Sequence record: SRR22947725_6733
Direction: 5' to 3' (one strand)
Length of the DNA stretch: 26,891 bases
Below the pieces are notes generated by a model. That model saw nothing but the letters and a program-made list of their open reading frames with translations, did not search any database and was not told the origin of the DNA. The stretch's first letter is position 1. Each line of letters starts with the position of its first letter. Shown piece after piece: positions 18,525-26,891 of the stretch. A program made the translations under genes and the position numbers.

Positions 18525-18832
18525 TCATTTCATCGGGTCCTCTTTGGTTCGAAACAGTGGATAGGACATGATCCACAGGCTTGGCAAAATGGGGTGCCCT
18601 CGAGTCACATTTTTTGATAATGCGCCACTAAGCTCGCAAAATTGGCGATGACTTGCAACCCTTAGGCAATCCAATGGGTTCGGGAAGTCTGGCGTTTAAA
18701 CTTGCCGGCAGTCCATCAATGGCTCGCTCGCTCGATTTCTTTGATTGTCTGAGGGTATTGAGAAGATTGGTAAATAAGAGATCATGCGATCACCATCATT
18801 CTTGCTCGGCAAGCTTGGATTATGTCATGTAT

Positions 18833-18860
18833 TTGACTTTCATCTGGTTCTCCTTAGGGT
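18833..18860 (+). promoter_or_regulatory. Putative sigma70 promoter of the PPIase gene (leaderless type)
   Basis: TTGACT-16 nt-TAGGGT-6 nt-ATG 18867. Confidence 0.5.
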
Positions 18861-18866
18861 CATCCC

Positions 18867-19760
18867 ATGCAGACTTTAGTTAATGGGGAACCAATCGCTC
18901 CCGAATGGATTGAGGAAGAATTTTCGCAAATCAAATCCTGGCACGAGCAGCGATCTCAATTGAGTTGTTGTGAGCGTGATGATGAATTTCGTGCTCAGGC
19001 TCGTGATAATGTTATTGGGCGTGTGTTACTGAATCAAGCGGCTGAAAAAGAGATCCCGGATCCGACAAGTGAGCAAATTCAGGCAGCAGTTAAACAGCTC
19101 CATAAGGATTATGGTGGCGAAGAGGCTTTTCTGGCGACCATGGGCTTGAACGAGGGACAGAAGTCCTTTGTCGATCGGCAGGTCGTTGTCAATTTAAAGG
19201 CAGATCAACTCATCGCCAATTTTAGTAAGGATTTGCAGCATCCTGAAGAAGATGCACTGCTTGCTTATTACCGAGAACATTCCGAACCTTATACTTCGGA
19301 GTCGCGTGTTCGTGCGTTGCATATTTTTAAATCATTGAGGCAATCCGAAGACAAGGATCAGCTCTTCAAGGAATGTTGCAAAGTGCGCGAGCGGCTTGGT
19401 TCGGGTGAAGACTTTGAAACAATTGCCAGAGAATTTTCAGATAAGCCAGCGGAAGAAATTGACCTTGGTTTTTTCAAAAGAGGTGAGTTGATGGATGAAT
19501 TTGAATTTGTTGCTTTTTCCATGCAAGTCGGTGAAGTAAGCCCTGTTTTTTCTTCTTACCATGGTTTTCATCTAGCCAAGGTCCTTGAAATTGAGCCGCC
19601 TGTTATCACTCCTTTTGAGGAGGTGCGAGAAGCCGTGCTAGAAGCCTGGATGCAGGAAAAGCGAACATTGCGGATTCAGGAATACATTCAAGCACTTAAA
19701 AGCAAAGCCGATATCAAAGACATCGAAGAGGAGATTGAGTCTGAGCCCTCGAAAGTTTAA
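18867..19760 (+). CDS. PpiC/parvulin-type peptidyl-prolyl isomerase with helical SurA/NifM-like N-terminal domain
   Basis: VRALHIF, GEDFETIAREFSD, DLGFFKRGEL, FEFVAFSMQVGEVSPVFSSYHGFHL. No signal peptide visible. Confidence 0.9.
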   Translation: MQTLVNGEPIAPEWIEEEFSQIKSWHEQRSQLSCCERDDEFRAQARDNVIGRVLLNQAAEKEIPDPTSEQIQAAVKQLHKDYGGEEAFLATMGLNEGQKSFVDRQVVVNLKADQLIANFSKDLQHPEEDALLAYYREHSEPYTSESRVRALHIFKSLRQSEDKDQLFKECCKVRERLGSGEDFETIAREFSDKPAEEIDLGFFKRGELMDEFEFVAFSMQVGEVSPVFSSYHGFHLAKVLEIEPPVITPFEEVREAVLEAWMQEKRTLRIQEYIQALKSKADIKDIEEEIESEPSKV

Positions 19761-19808
19761 GGCACGAAGTTGGACATGGTAGCCCAGTAACTTGATTTTA
19801 TTCCTAAA

Positions 19809-20726
19809 CTAAGGTCTGCGCGTATTATGATCCTGCAGCCAGCGAACATCTGGATTGTTCGGCGACACCAGCATGGATGGCATGGATTCGATTTCAGGCA
19901 ATAATCCGTTCTTAACCAACGGTGGTGTGGTGTCAGGGTGCTGCCAGCGTTTGATCTCTGAATGTCCATCCACAAATGACAAAGTAGCAGCATTATTGTG
20001 ATATGCTGCGGGGAAATCGAAAATAGCTGTTTCCTCTGGTTCGTTTGGGTATCCCTTCATTCCAACCAGAAAGTTTCCGAAATTTGTCGCATCCTCCCGA
20101 ACATCCAGAAACAAGAAGGTGGATGAAGGCCCGGGATCTGTGAAGTCTGACTGATTTTGGTATACCTTGTAGCCAAACCAGTAAACACGTTCATTTTCAC
20201 CCCATGCACCGCAGTGAACATTCATGGCCATGGACCTAACTCTGGATAATCTTTTGCCATTGACCGTGACGGCGCTTTTGTCGGCTGGACACTTAAAAAT
20301 ATCAGCCGATTGAACGTAGGACCATAATGGACTTTTTTTGATGTCTTTTTCTACATCCCAGTTTGATTGGTTGTCCGGATTGAAATCCATCAGCCCCCGC
20401 ACCCATGCTGGTTTCAGTGGTTCAGGTCCACCAGCGTCTCTGGGGTCACTGGCTGCGGTGATCTTATCTTCATTGTCATCCGCATATAGAATCCATCCGT
20501 AAGTCAACTGACGATGATTATTCAGGCATTTGATGGCGTGTGCCTTCTGCTTGGCTTTGCTGAGTGCGGGTAGCAGCATCCCTGCAAGAATGGCAATGAT
20601 CGCAATTACAACCAGCAATTCAATGAGGGTAAAAGCCTCCTTTTGACGCCGGATGCAGATTGATCCGAACAAGCAGGAAAAGCCTATTTCCTTATTCGAG
20701 TGTCTGGATGTCAGGTTTCGATTCAT
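19809..20726 (-). CDS. Prepilin-type N-terminal cleavage/methylation protein with C-terminal H-X9-DG motif
   Basis: [43 protein letters not shown] and [13 protein letters not shown]. This family is greatly expanded in Verrucomicrobiota and Planctomycetota. Confidence 0.93.
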   Translation of the reverse strand: MNRNLTSRHSNKEIGFSCLFGSICIRRQKEAFTLIELLVVIAIIAILAGMLLPALSKAKQKAHAIKCLNNHRQLTYGWILYADDNEDKITAASDPRDAGGPEPLKPAWVRGLMDFNPDNQSNWDVEKDIKKSPLWSYVQSADIFKCPADKSAVTVNGKRLSRVRSMAMNVHCGAWGENERVYWFGYKVYQNQSDFTDPGPSSTFLFLDVREDATNFGNFLVGMKGYPNEPEETAIFDFPAAYHNNAATLSFVDGHSEIKRWQHPDTTPPLVKNGLLPEIESMPSMLVSPNNPDVRWLQDHNTRRP

Positions 20727-20935
20727 TGTTTCGATATCCTACATAGCACATTACATGCTTGAATTCCAATTTCATCTGCCAATTGCATGTTGCTTGCGTC
20801 TCCACAATAGACCGATTTGTCAAAAAATCGCTATTTGAGGTGAATACTTCCACTGCTCTAAATGACACCTATTTAAGCGACCCATGCAAGGCTGCCCTTG
20901 ACAGACCGGGGTAGTTCAGTAGACGGTTCAAGTGT

Positions 20936-21409
20936 ATGCAATCCTACGGATTTCCTAAACATCTTTTAATCGCATTTGGAATGGCCTTGCTTGGCTATAT
21001 CCTTCTTTACAGTTGTGACCGCCACCTGAGGTCTCGCAAAGGTGCCTGGGAATTCACTTTTTCAAGTTCTTCCAGTGGAGAACCCGTCCTCACGATTGAC
21101 CAGCCTCATTACGGGATTAGTAAAGTCAGGATTGTCATGGAAGGGGAATCCTTTGAAGGACCCACTCGAAGGTTGAGTTTTGACAAGCCCGGCCTCGAGC
21201 TGCCTTTCGGTGAAGCAATCTTCTTTGATACCACTTATTTGCCCGGATCTGTGACTTTCGATCTTTTCGGACACGAGCTTGAGGTATTGCCAAGAACGCT
21301 GATCCTCAACTTCAAGGAGCATCCATGGCAAGTTGGTGAAGTCATCAAAGTCAAGCCTGACGAAGCATGGACTCGGCAAGTTGAGGTCCTTGAGCAGAAT
21401 CAACCCTGA
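20936..21409 (+). CDS. Hypothetical membrane-anchored protein
   Basis: 157 aa with an N-terminal hydrophobic helix and a beta-rich remainder. It fills the gap between two recognised genes; TTGACA lies upstream at 20898-20903. Confidence 0.65.
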   Translation: MQSYGFPKHLLIAFGMALLGYILLYSCDRHLRSRKGAWEFTFSSSSSGEPVLTIDQPHYGISKVRIVMEGESFEGPTRRLSFDKPGLELPFGEAIFFDTTYLPGSVTFDLFGHELEVLPRTLILNFKEHPWQVGEVIKVKPDEAWTRQVEVLEQNQP

Positions 21410-21837
21410 GGGTTCTCGCATCCCTGCTGTGCATCGCAACAGGTTTCTTTGAAATCCAGTGAAGCAGAATTGACGCAGTATCTTAGCCCTGTTGGATTGG
21501 GGCCATCTTCAAAAACATGCCCTAAATGTGCGTCGCATTTGGAGCATAGGATTTCGGTTCGAGTCATGAGCAGTTTTCGATCTTCTTTCGTCTGAATAAC
21601 CTGTTCTATTGCAGGCTGCCAGAAACTTGGCCAGCCAGACCCTGAATCGTATTTGTGAGAGGATTCGAATAGCGTTTGTCCGCAGCACACACACTGGTAG
21701 CTGCCGGCCTCTTTGTGATTCCAATATTTTCCCGTAAAGGCAGGTTCAGTTCCTTTTTCTCGAGCTACCTTGAATTGCTCTTCGGTTAAACATTTTTTCC
21801 ATTCTTCTTCGTTTCTGGGGAGATCGTAATCTTTCAT
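21400..21837 (-). CDS. msrB: Peptide-methionine (R)-S-oxide reductase
   Basis: GTEPAFTG, CVCCG, KYDSGSGWPSF, CSKCDAHLGHVFEDGP and RYCVNS (zinc-type MsrB). Start at ATG 21837. Confidence 0.97.
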   Translation of the reverse strand: MKDYDLPRNEEEWKKCLTEEQFKVAREKGTEPAFTGKYWNHKEAGSYQCVCCGQTLFESSHKYDSGSGWPSFWQPAIEQVIQTKEDRKLLMTRTEILCSKCDAHLGHVFEDGPNPTGLRYCVNSASLDFKETCCDAQQGCENPQG

Positions 21838-22019
21838 GTAACCAAACCTGCCTTGAGTCTCGAGAATTGTAAAATTGAATTTAACCACCCTTAATCTGCT
21901 TTTTAAAGGTCCCCCTGTAACTGCAGAACCAGCTTGTCCTGTTTGATGCGTCTCATGGTAAGGATCAATCTACTTTCCGGGATTGATCCTTTTTGGTTTA
22001 TGCCCTCATACTGACCGTT

Positions 22020-23669
22020 ATGGAACCGAGCATCACAGAAGAACAGGCACGCATGTTGATTGTGTTGGTGCGTGTTGGTTTTTATTGTGGCGTGGCTTGG
22101 TTGCTTTGGAAATTAATCTTCAAAGACGCCTACTTGCTGAAATTCATCAAGCCCGTTAAAAACCCAAAACTCAAAGGGGTCCGGCTTGTGAGCTGGGTGC
22201 TTGTTTTTGCATTCATTGCCATTCTGGCTTATCAGGCAACTTGGCAACTGGGAGGTTTCTTACGCCCCCGGTTTGTGGCTTTCATGCAGAAGCATGATCG
22301 CCGTAAATTCAATCCGGCGCTCCAAATTCAGCGCGGCATTATCGCGGATCGTAACGGGCGTGCACTTGCGGAAAATAGAAAAGCCAATGGAACGGTGAAA
22401 CGCTACTATCCATTGGGCCCTGCCACTGTTCATCTGGTCGGGTATTTCGACCCTGTCTTTGGCGTCACTGGATTAGAGCAATCTGCCGACTCGCTCCTAA
22501 TGGGTTTGGATGATGTCAATGCAGACGATTGGGAATCGTTTGGTCAGAGACTTATTACACGCAAAGATCTACCGCAGGGTAAGAACCTCAAATTGACCGT
22601 GGACTCCAAGTTACAGCAAGGTATCTACGATAAACTGGTTCAGGGGCGCTATGACAAGAAAAGCAAACCCGCTGGCGGAAAACCATATCGCGGGGCGATA
22701 GTTGTTCTCGATGTGCGCGATGGCGCTTTACTGGCGGCTTGCAGCGCTCCGGGTTTTGATCCCAATCAGATGACCCGGAAAACTTTTTCAAAAAGCCAGT
22801 CCGGATCCCCTTTATTCAATCGAGCATTGCATGGACTTTATCCTCCGGGATCCGTTTTCAAGGTTGCGATTGGTTCTTACTATCTCGAGAAAGCGATGCT
22901 CGGGACAGGTTTTCCATTGACCATTGATTGTGGTCCGGAGTTTCGCACTCCTGACGGAAAGGGAATTGTTCGTGATTTGAGTTATTACAGTTATCAAGCA
23001 CGTGGAAAAAAATGGCCAGGATTTGGGGAAATTGATCTAGGAAAAGCCATCGAGCAATCCTGTAACGTTTACTTTGCGCAGGTAGGAGTGACCATTGGCA
23101 AAGATGGATTCGACTGGTTGCGTCGCCTCTTGAGATTCGATCAATCGCTGACGCTTTACAAAGGTATTGTAGGGTCTACCGCATCGGCTAAATCCAGATT
23201 TCCAGAATTAAATCCTGATGACTCTTTTAGCATGGCGCTCATGGGCATTGGCCAGGGTAAATTGCAGGTAACCCCATTGCACATGGCGATGGTAGCTGCT
23301 TGCGTTGCCAATCAGGGAATGTTGATGCAACCGAGGTTGACATTTGACAAGCCAATGGAAGAGCTTGGACGGGCCATGAGTCCGCGTACCTCAGCATTCA
23401 TGCGGGACATGATGGCTCGGGTGGTGACGGACGGAACTGCGCGCAAGGCTTTTGATGGGTTCGAAATGTCTGTAGGTGGCAAAACGGGATCGGCCCAAAA
23501 TCCAACAGGAGACTCTCACGCATGGTTCATCGGCTTTGCGCCATTGGAACGTCCCCAGATCGCCATCAGTGTGGTAGTTGAAAATGGGGGCTACGGAGGG
23601 AGTACGGCAGCGCCCATTGCCCGGCATGCTCTGGAATTGGCAACGCGTTATGGACTGATCCGTCCGTGA
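22020..23669 (+). CDS. Class B penicillin-binding transpeptidase (PbpA/FtsI-like)
   Basis: RGIIADRNG, GLEQS, LTVDSKLQ; catalytic motifs SVFK, SCN and KTG; HAWFIGFAP. Confidence 0.92.
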   Translation: MEPSITEEQARMLIVLVRVGFYCGVAWLLWKLIFKDAYLLKFIKPVKNPKLKGVRLVSWVLVFAFIAILAYQATWQLGGFLRPRFVAFMQKHDRRKFNPALQIQRGIIADRNGRALAENRKANGTVKRYYPLGPATVHLVGYFDPVFGVTGLEQSADSLLMGLDDVNADDWESFGQRLITRKDLPQGKNLKLTVDSKLQQGIYDKLVQGRYDKKSKPAGGKPYRGAIVVLDVRDGALLAACSAPGFDPNQMTRKTFSKSQSGSPLFNRALHGLYPPGSVFKVAIGSYYLEKAMLGTGFPLTIDCGPEFRTPDGKGIVRDLSYYSYQARGKKWPGFGEIDLGKAIEQSCNVYFAQVGVTIGKDGFDWLRRLLRFDQSLTLYKGIVGSTASAKSRFPELNPDDSFSMALMGIGQGKLQVTPLHMAMVAACVANQGMLMQPRLTFDKPMEELGRAMSPRTSAFMRDMMARVVTDGTARKAFDGFEMSVGGKTGSAQNPTGDSHAWFIGFAPLERPQIAISVVVENGGYGGSTAAPIARHALELATRYGLIRP

Positions 23670-23696
23670 GCCATTTCAATTGAACCGAAACGTAGC

Positions 23697-24572
23697 ATGT
23701 GGGAAACGATCTCTAAATCTATTTCTGATGCCACAGGTATTGAATTAGGTATTCGTGGTCACCAATCCCTCTCAGGTGGGTGCACCAACGAAGCATATCG
23801 CGTTGAGACGGATGATCATGTTTTCTTTATGAAACGGCACCAAGAGGTTATGGCCCCAATGTTTCAGGCTGAGTTTGAAGCATTGAAGGAATTGGAATCG
23901 ACGCAAACGATTAAGGTGCCAACACCGATTTGCTGGGGAGCTGGCGAGGGTCATACCTGGCTGGTGACCTCATTTCTGGATTTGAAAGCGTGTAAAGGGG
24001 ATGCCCTGTTCGAATTGGGCAGACAACTAGCTTCATTGCACAAAATTCAAAAACCTTATTTCGGATGGAAACGTGATAATACGATTGGTATCACCAAACA
24101 ACCCAACCCCCCTTCGAGAGATTGGGTTTCCTTCTGGCGAACGCATCGGCTTGAGTGGCAATTCAAACTGGCTCGAGACAAGGGACAGTCTTTCAGTGGT
24201 GCTGAGGCCTTGCTGAATGGTATGGGCAGGTTGTTTGATCATTATGATCCACAACCGACCCTGATTCATGGTGATTTATGGAGTGGAAACATCGCTGCTC
24301 TGAGTGATGCAACCCCGGTCATTTTTGATCCTGCCGGATACTATGGCGATCCTGAGGCGGAATTTGGAATCATTGAAATGTTTGGTGGATTCGGGAGATC
24401 TTTTTTTCAAGGATACGAAAGCATTCGGCCTCAACATGCAGGTTTTTCCAGACGCTTGCCGCTATATCGACTTTATCATGAACTGAATCACTACAATCTT
24501 TTTGGTCCAAGCTACACTTCTTCCTGTCAATCAAGCATTCAGCAGCTGCTGGATTTGATTCAGGAAACATAG
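23697..24572 (+). CDS. Fructosamine kinase family protein
   Basis: SGGCTN, FGWKRDNTIG..Q.N, LIHGDLWSGN, FDPAGYYGDPEAE and LYHELNHYNLFG. Confidence 0.93.
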   Translation: MWETISKSISDATGIELGIRGHQSLSGGCTNEAYRVETDDHVFFMKRHQEVMAPMFQAEFEALKELESTQTIKVPTPICWGAGEGHTWLVTSFLDLKACKGDALFELGRQLASLHKIQKPYFGWKRDNTIGITKQPNPPSRDWVSFWRTHRLEWQFKLARDKGQSFSGAEALLNGMGRLFDHYDPQPTLIHGDLWSGNIAALSDATPVIFDPAGYYGDPEAEFGIIEMFGGFGRSFFQGYESIRPQHAGFSRRLPLYRLYHELNHYNLFGPSYTSSCQSSIQQLLDLIQET

Positions 24573-24584
24573 TTTGGGCATCAA

Positions 24585-25229
24585 CTACCCCGTCTCTTTT
24601 TGGACACTTCCATCCTTAAAGAGCCACAGCTGATTTGCCAATCGTCTGGCCTCGGTTTTGCTGTGTGTGACATGAAGGATGGTGATTTTGGTTTCCTTGT
24701 GGATGCGCTGAAGTAATGCGCACATTTCTTCATGCAATGCTTCGTCCAGAGCACTCAGAGGTTCGTCAAGGCAGAGAACTCGTGGTCGACAGGCCATGGC
24801 TCTCCCCAATGCAACACGCTGGGCTTCTCCTCCACTCAGTCCCTCCGGCATGCGGTCGAGTAAGTGTTCGATTTCAAGCCAGCTTGCCAGTTCTTTTACA
24901 CGATCTGAAATGATCTCAACCGGTTGTTTTCTGAGCTGAAGTGAAAACGCGAGCTGATGGCGTACCCTCATGGTTGGGAAGAGTGCTCTGTCCTGCGGAA
25001 CGTAACCTACGCCACGCTCAGCGGGTTTCATCAGAGTGACCTTCAAATTTCCAAGATAAATCTGACCTGAGAGGATGGGGCGTAATCCGCAGATGATTTC
25101 CATCACAGTGGTCTTACCGCATCCACTTCGCCCCATCAAAGCTGCATAAGCACTTTCAGGAATTTCCAAATTCAAATCCTCCAGCTGGAAACTACCTTGA
25201 CTTACCCGGATATTTTCTAACTTGATCAT
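24585..25229 (-). CDS. modC: Molybdate/tungstate-type ABC transporter ATP-binding protein
   Basis: GRSGCGKTT, LSGGEAQRVALGRA, LDEPLSALD, HVTH. ATGA overlap with the permease. Confidence 0.82.
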   Translation of the reverse strand: MIKLENIRVSQGSFQLEDLNLEIPESAYAALMGRSGCGKTTVMEIICGLRPILSGQIYLGNLKVTLMKPAERGVGYVPQDRALFPTMRVRHQLAFSLQLRKQPVEIISDRVKELASWLEIEHLLDRMPEGLSGGEAQRVALGRAMACRPRVLCLDEPLSALDEALHEEMCALLQRIHKETKITILHVTHSKTEARRLANQLWLFKDGSVQKETG

Positions 25230-26068
25230 GCAACGATCCTTTGCATTCCAAAAAGCCGTGCAATGAGAAGAACTACTGCGGAGAGGATAATCATCACAAT
25301 GGAAACGGCCAGCATACCTTTCAGGTTTCCACTTTGCATCTCTAGATAAACCGAAGTTGGCAAGACTTCCGTGCGCATGCTGGTCGATCCTGCGAATATG
25401 AGAATAGGTCCGAACTCACCCAGGGACCTTGCCCAGGCCAAGGTACCTGCCGCAAGCAGACCTCTTCGTGCCTGGGGGAAGATTACTTTCCAGAATGCCT
25501 GGCTTCGGTTGCAGCCCAGGGTCATGGCCACCTGCTCGTATCGCTGTGGAATTTGGTCGAATGTGACACGCATGGTTCGGACTGCAAATGCGCAAGCCAC
25601 CATGAACTGAGCAAGTATCACCGCGGGCACCTCAAATACCACCCAAGGGCTCATCCACCGAAAAGGGGCATAGTTGAATAAGATCAGTAGACTCAAACCA
25701 ACAACGAGTGGAGGAAGAACGATGGGGATATCAAGAATCGTATCGACCATTGCTTTGAATCTGAATTGGAAGCGAGACATAAGGTAGCCGATTGGGACTG
25801 ACACCCAAAGAGACAGCATGGTGGATACCGTGCAACTAATCAGGCTGAGTTTAATGGAATGCTGAATTTCGCGACGTCCCAGGGTTTCCTTCAGGCTTGA
25901 TGCATCGGTAAAATGTAAATCTGCCAGCACCATCAAAAGGATCATGACCACATAAAATCCACCCAGAATGGCCAGCCCAACCATGAAAGGAACATCTGAA
26001 CGAACCTTGAAGCCTCCCTCAGGATCACTCTGTTTGACAGTTTTTTTTGTAGAAGTTGCGGGCTTCAT
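25226..26068 (-). CDS. modB: Molybdate-type ABC transporter permease
   Basis: DIPIVLPPLVVG, EAA-like loop YEQVAMTLG, WARSLGEFG and TEVLPTSVYL. Confidence 0.88.
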   Translation of the reverse strand: MKPATSTKKTVKQSDPEGGFKVRSDVPFMVGLAILGGFYVVMILLMVLADLHFTDASSLKETLGRREIQHSIKLSLISCTVSTMLSLWVSVPIGYLMSRFQFRFKAMVDTILDIPIVLPPLVVGLSLLILFNYAPFRWMSPWVVFEVPAVILAQFMVACAFAVRTMRVTFDQIPQRYEQVAMTLGCNRSQAFWKVIFPQARRGLLAAGTLAWARSLGEFGPILIFAGSTSMRTEVLPTSVYLEMQSGNLKGMLAVSIVMIILSAVVLLIARLFGMQRIVA

Positions 26069-26891
26069 TGGCCAGTGTCAGGGCCTTCCCATTGGAAGCC
26101 ATGATTGATGAACGAATCATGAGATTGAGTTGAAAGTACCTCTTGTGTCAAGCGAGTCATCATGTGTGGAAATTTGCTTTGCCGGGCTGTTGCTATATTC
26201 TGAGTTGCGACAGCCAGCGGGTGATGGATATCAATGATCTCGACATTACTTTCAAGATGTTGGCAATTGGCTTCGTAAACCAGCGCCACATCAAGCTTAT
26301 CATGTCCCTCCATCTGCAGTATCAGTTCGTGAGCCGTCGGGGAGGTAACGATGATAGACTTGTTCTCCTGAATTGATTGTTTGATGTCAAGGTCTTCAAA
26401 CATCGCTTGGCTCAAGGCTCCCAGTGTGCTCATCTGCGGGTCGGTCGTGCCAATCCCGATGCCTGCGCGTGTGAGGTCATTCAGTGTCTGGATGTTCTTG
26501 GGGTTTCCCTTCCGGACCAACATGCAGACTCGTGTGCTGGAGACGTCCGAGGGTTGTGTGAACTCCGGTTGAACCATGGCCATGTAAGAGACATCACAAG
26601 TCATGAATAAATCCGGCATGTTGAATCGACCGGATTGGATACTTCCCACGATAGTGCCGCATCCTGCAAATTGGGTTTTGATCAGGCATCCTTCACGCTC
26701 TTGAAAACGTTTCAAAGCCACAGCGACTGCCTCGCGATTCACACCGCCGCAGTAAAAAACGATTTCAGGTTCCAATACCCATGTATCTCCTTGAATGGGA
26801 GTGAAATAGTGTTTCTCAAATAAAGGTGACCCCTTTTCAGGAGCAGCCAGATATCTTGCAAACCTCAGCGCCCAGGTTGGGTTTTTGGTTG
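26065..26891 (-). CDS. modA: Molybdate-type ABC substrate-binding protein (5' end truncated by window edge)
   Basis: LVRKGNPKNIQTLNDL, FAGCG, DLFM and DVALVY. The frame stays open upstream of the track's TTG 26775 to the window edge (TKNPTWALRFARYLAAPEKGSPLFEKHYFTPIQGDTWVLEP). Confidence 0.8.
   Translation of the reverse strand, partial: TKNPTWALRFARYLAAPEKGSPLFEKHYFTPIQGDTWVLEPEIVFYCGGVNREAVAVALKRFQEREGCLIKTQFAGCGTIVGSIQSGRFNMPDLFMTCDVSYMAMVQPEFTQPSDVSSTRVCMLVRKGNPKNIQTLNDLTRAGIGIGTTDPQMSTLGALSQAMFEDLDIKQSIQENKSIIVTSPTAHELILQMEGHDKLDVALVYEANCQHLESNVEIIDIHHPLAVATQNIATARQSKFPHMMTRLTQEVLSTQSHDSFINHGFQWEGPDTGQ

Noticed and set aside
18722..18734. GCTC tandem repeat
   Set aside because: About three units, compatible with chance.
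19809..20726. Prepilin-like gene as evidence of a type II secretion or type IV pilus locus
   Set aside because: It is solitary; H-X9-DG prepilin-like genes are scattered in many copies in PVC genomes, and no assembly genes are present.
1..26891. CRISPR array, tRNA/rRNA, IS element, integrase, prophage or anti-phage system
   Set aside because: No repeat-spacer periodicity, cloverleaf, or transposase, integrase, reverse transcriptase or nuclease motifs were seen by eye.

Overview
Gene-dense bacterial chromosomal segment. The gene content (DUF1080-DUF1592-DUF1552 operon, prepilin-like H-X9-DG protein, vWA/GATase-like membrane protein) points to the PVC superphylum, most likely Verrucomicrobiota (inference). 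In order: ABC exporter (partial permease plus ATPase, minus strand); a hybrid sensor histidine kinase split by a frameshift in a T9 run; tgt; a vWA/Ig/GATase-like membrane protein coupled to a caspase/C13-fold protein lacking the catalytic Cys; an exported PPP phosphatase with eukaryote-style motifs; a conserved secreted protein; a YfgM-like TPR protein; mutT; a 58-aa CPXCG Cys-rich protein missing from the ORF track; the DUF1080-DUF1592(cytochrome c)-DUF1552 operon; an Rrf2 regulator divergent from a parvulin PPIase; a prepilin-like protein; a hypothetical protein; msrB; a PbpA-like transpeptidase; a fructosamine kinase; and a modABC-like transporter whose binding protein runs off the window and appears to have tandem domains. 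I saw no rRNA, tRNA, CRISPR array, mobile element or defence system. The most notable signals are the T9 frameshift, the Ser-substituted clan CD protein, the eukaryote-like exported phosphatase, the variant DUF1552 operon and recurrent leaderless-type promoters. All family calls come from motif recognition, not database searches.
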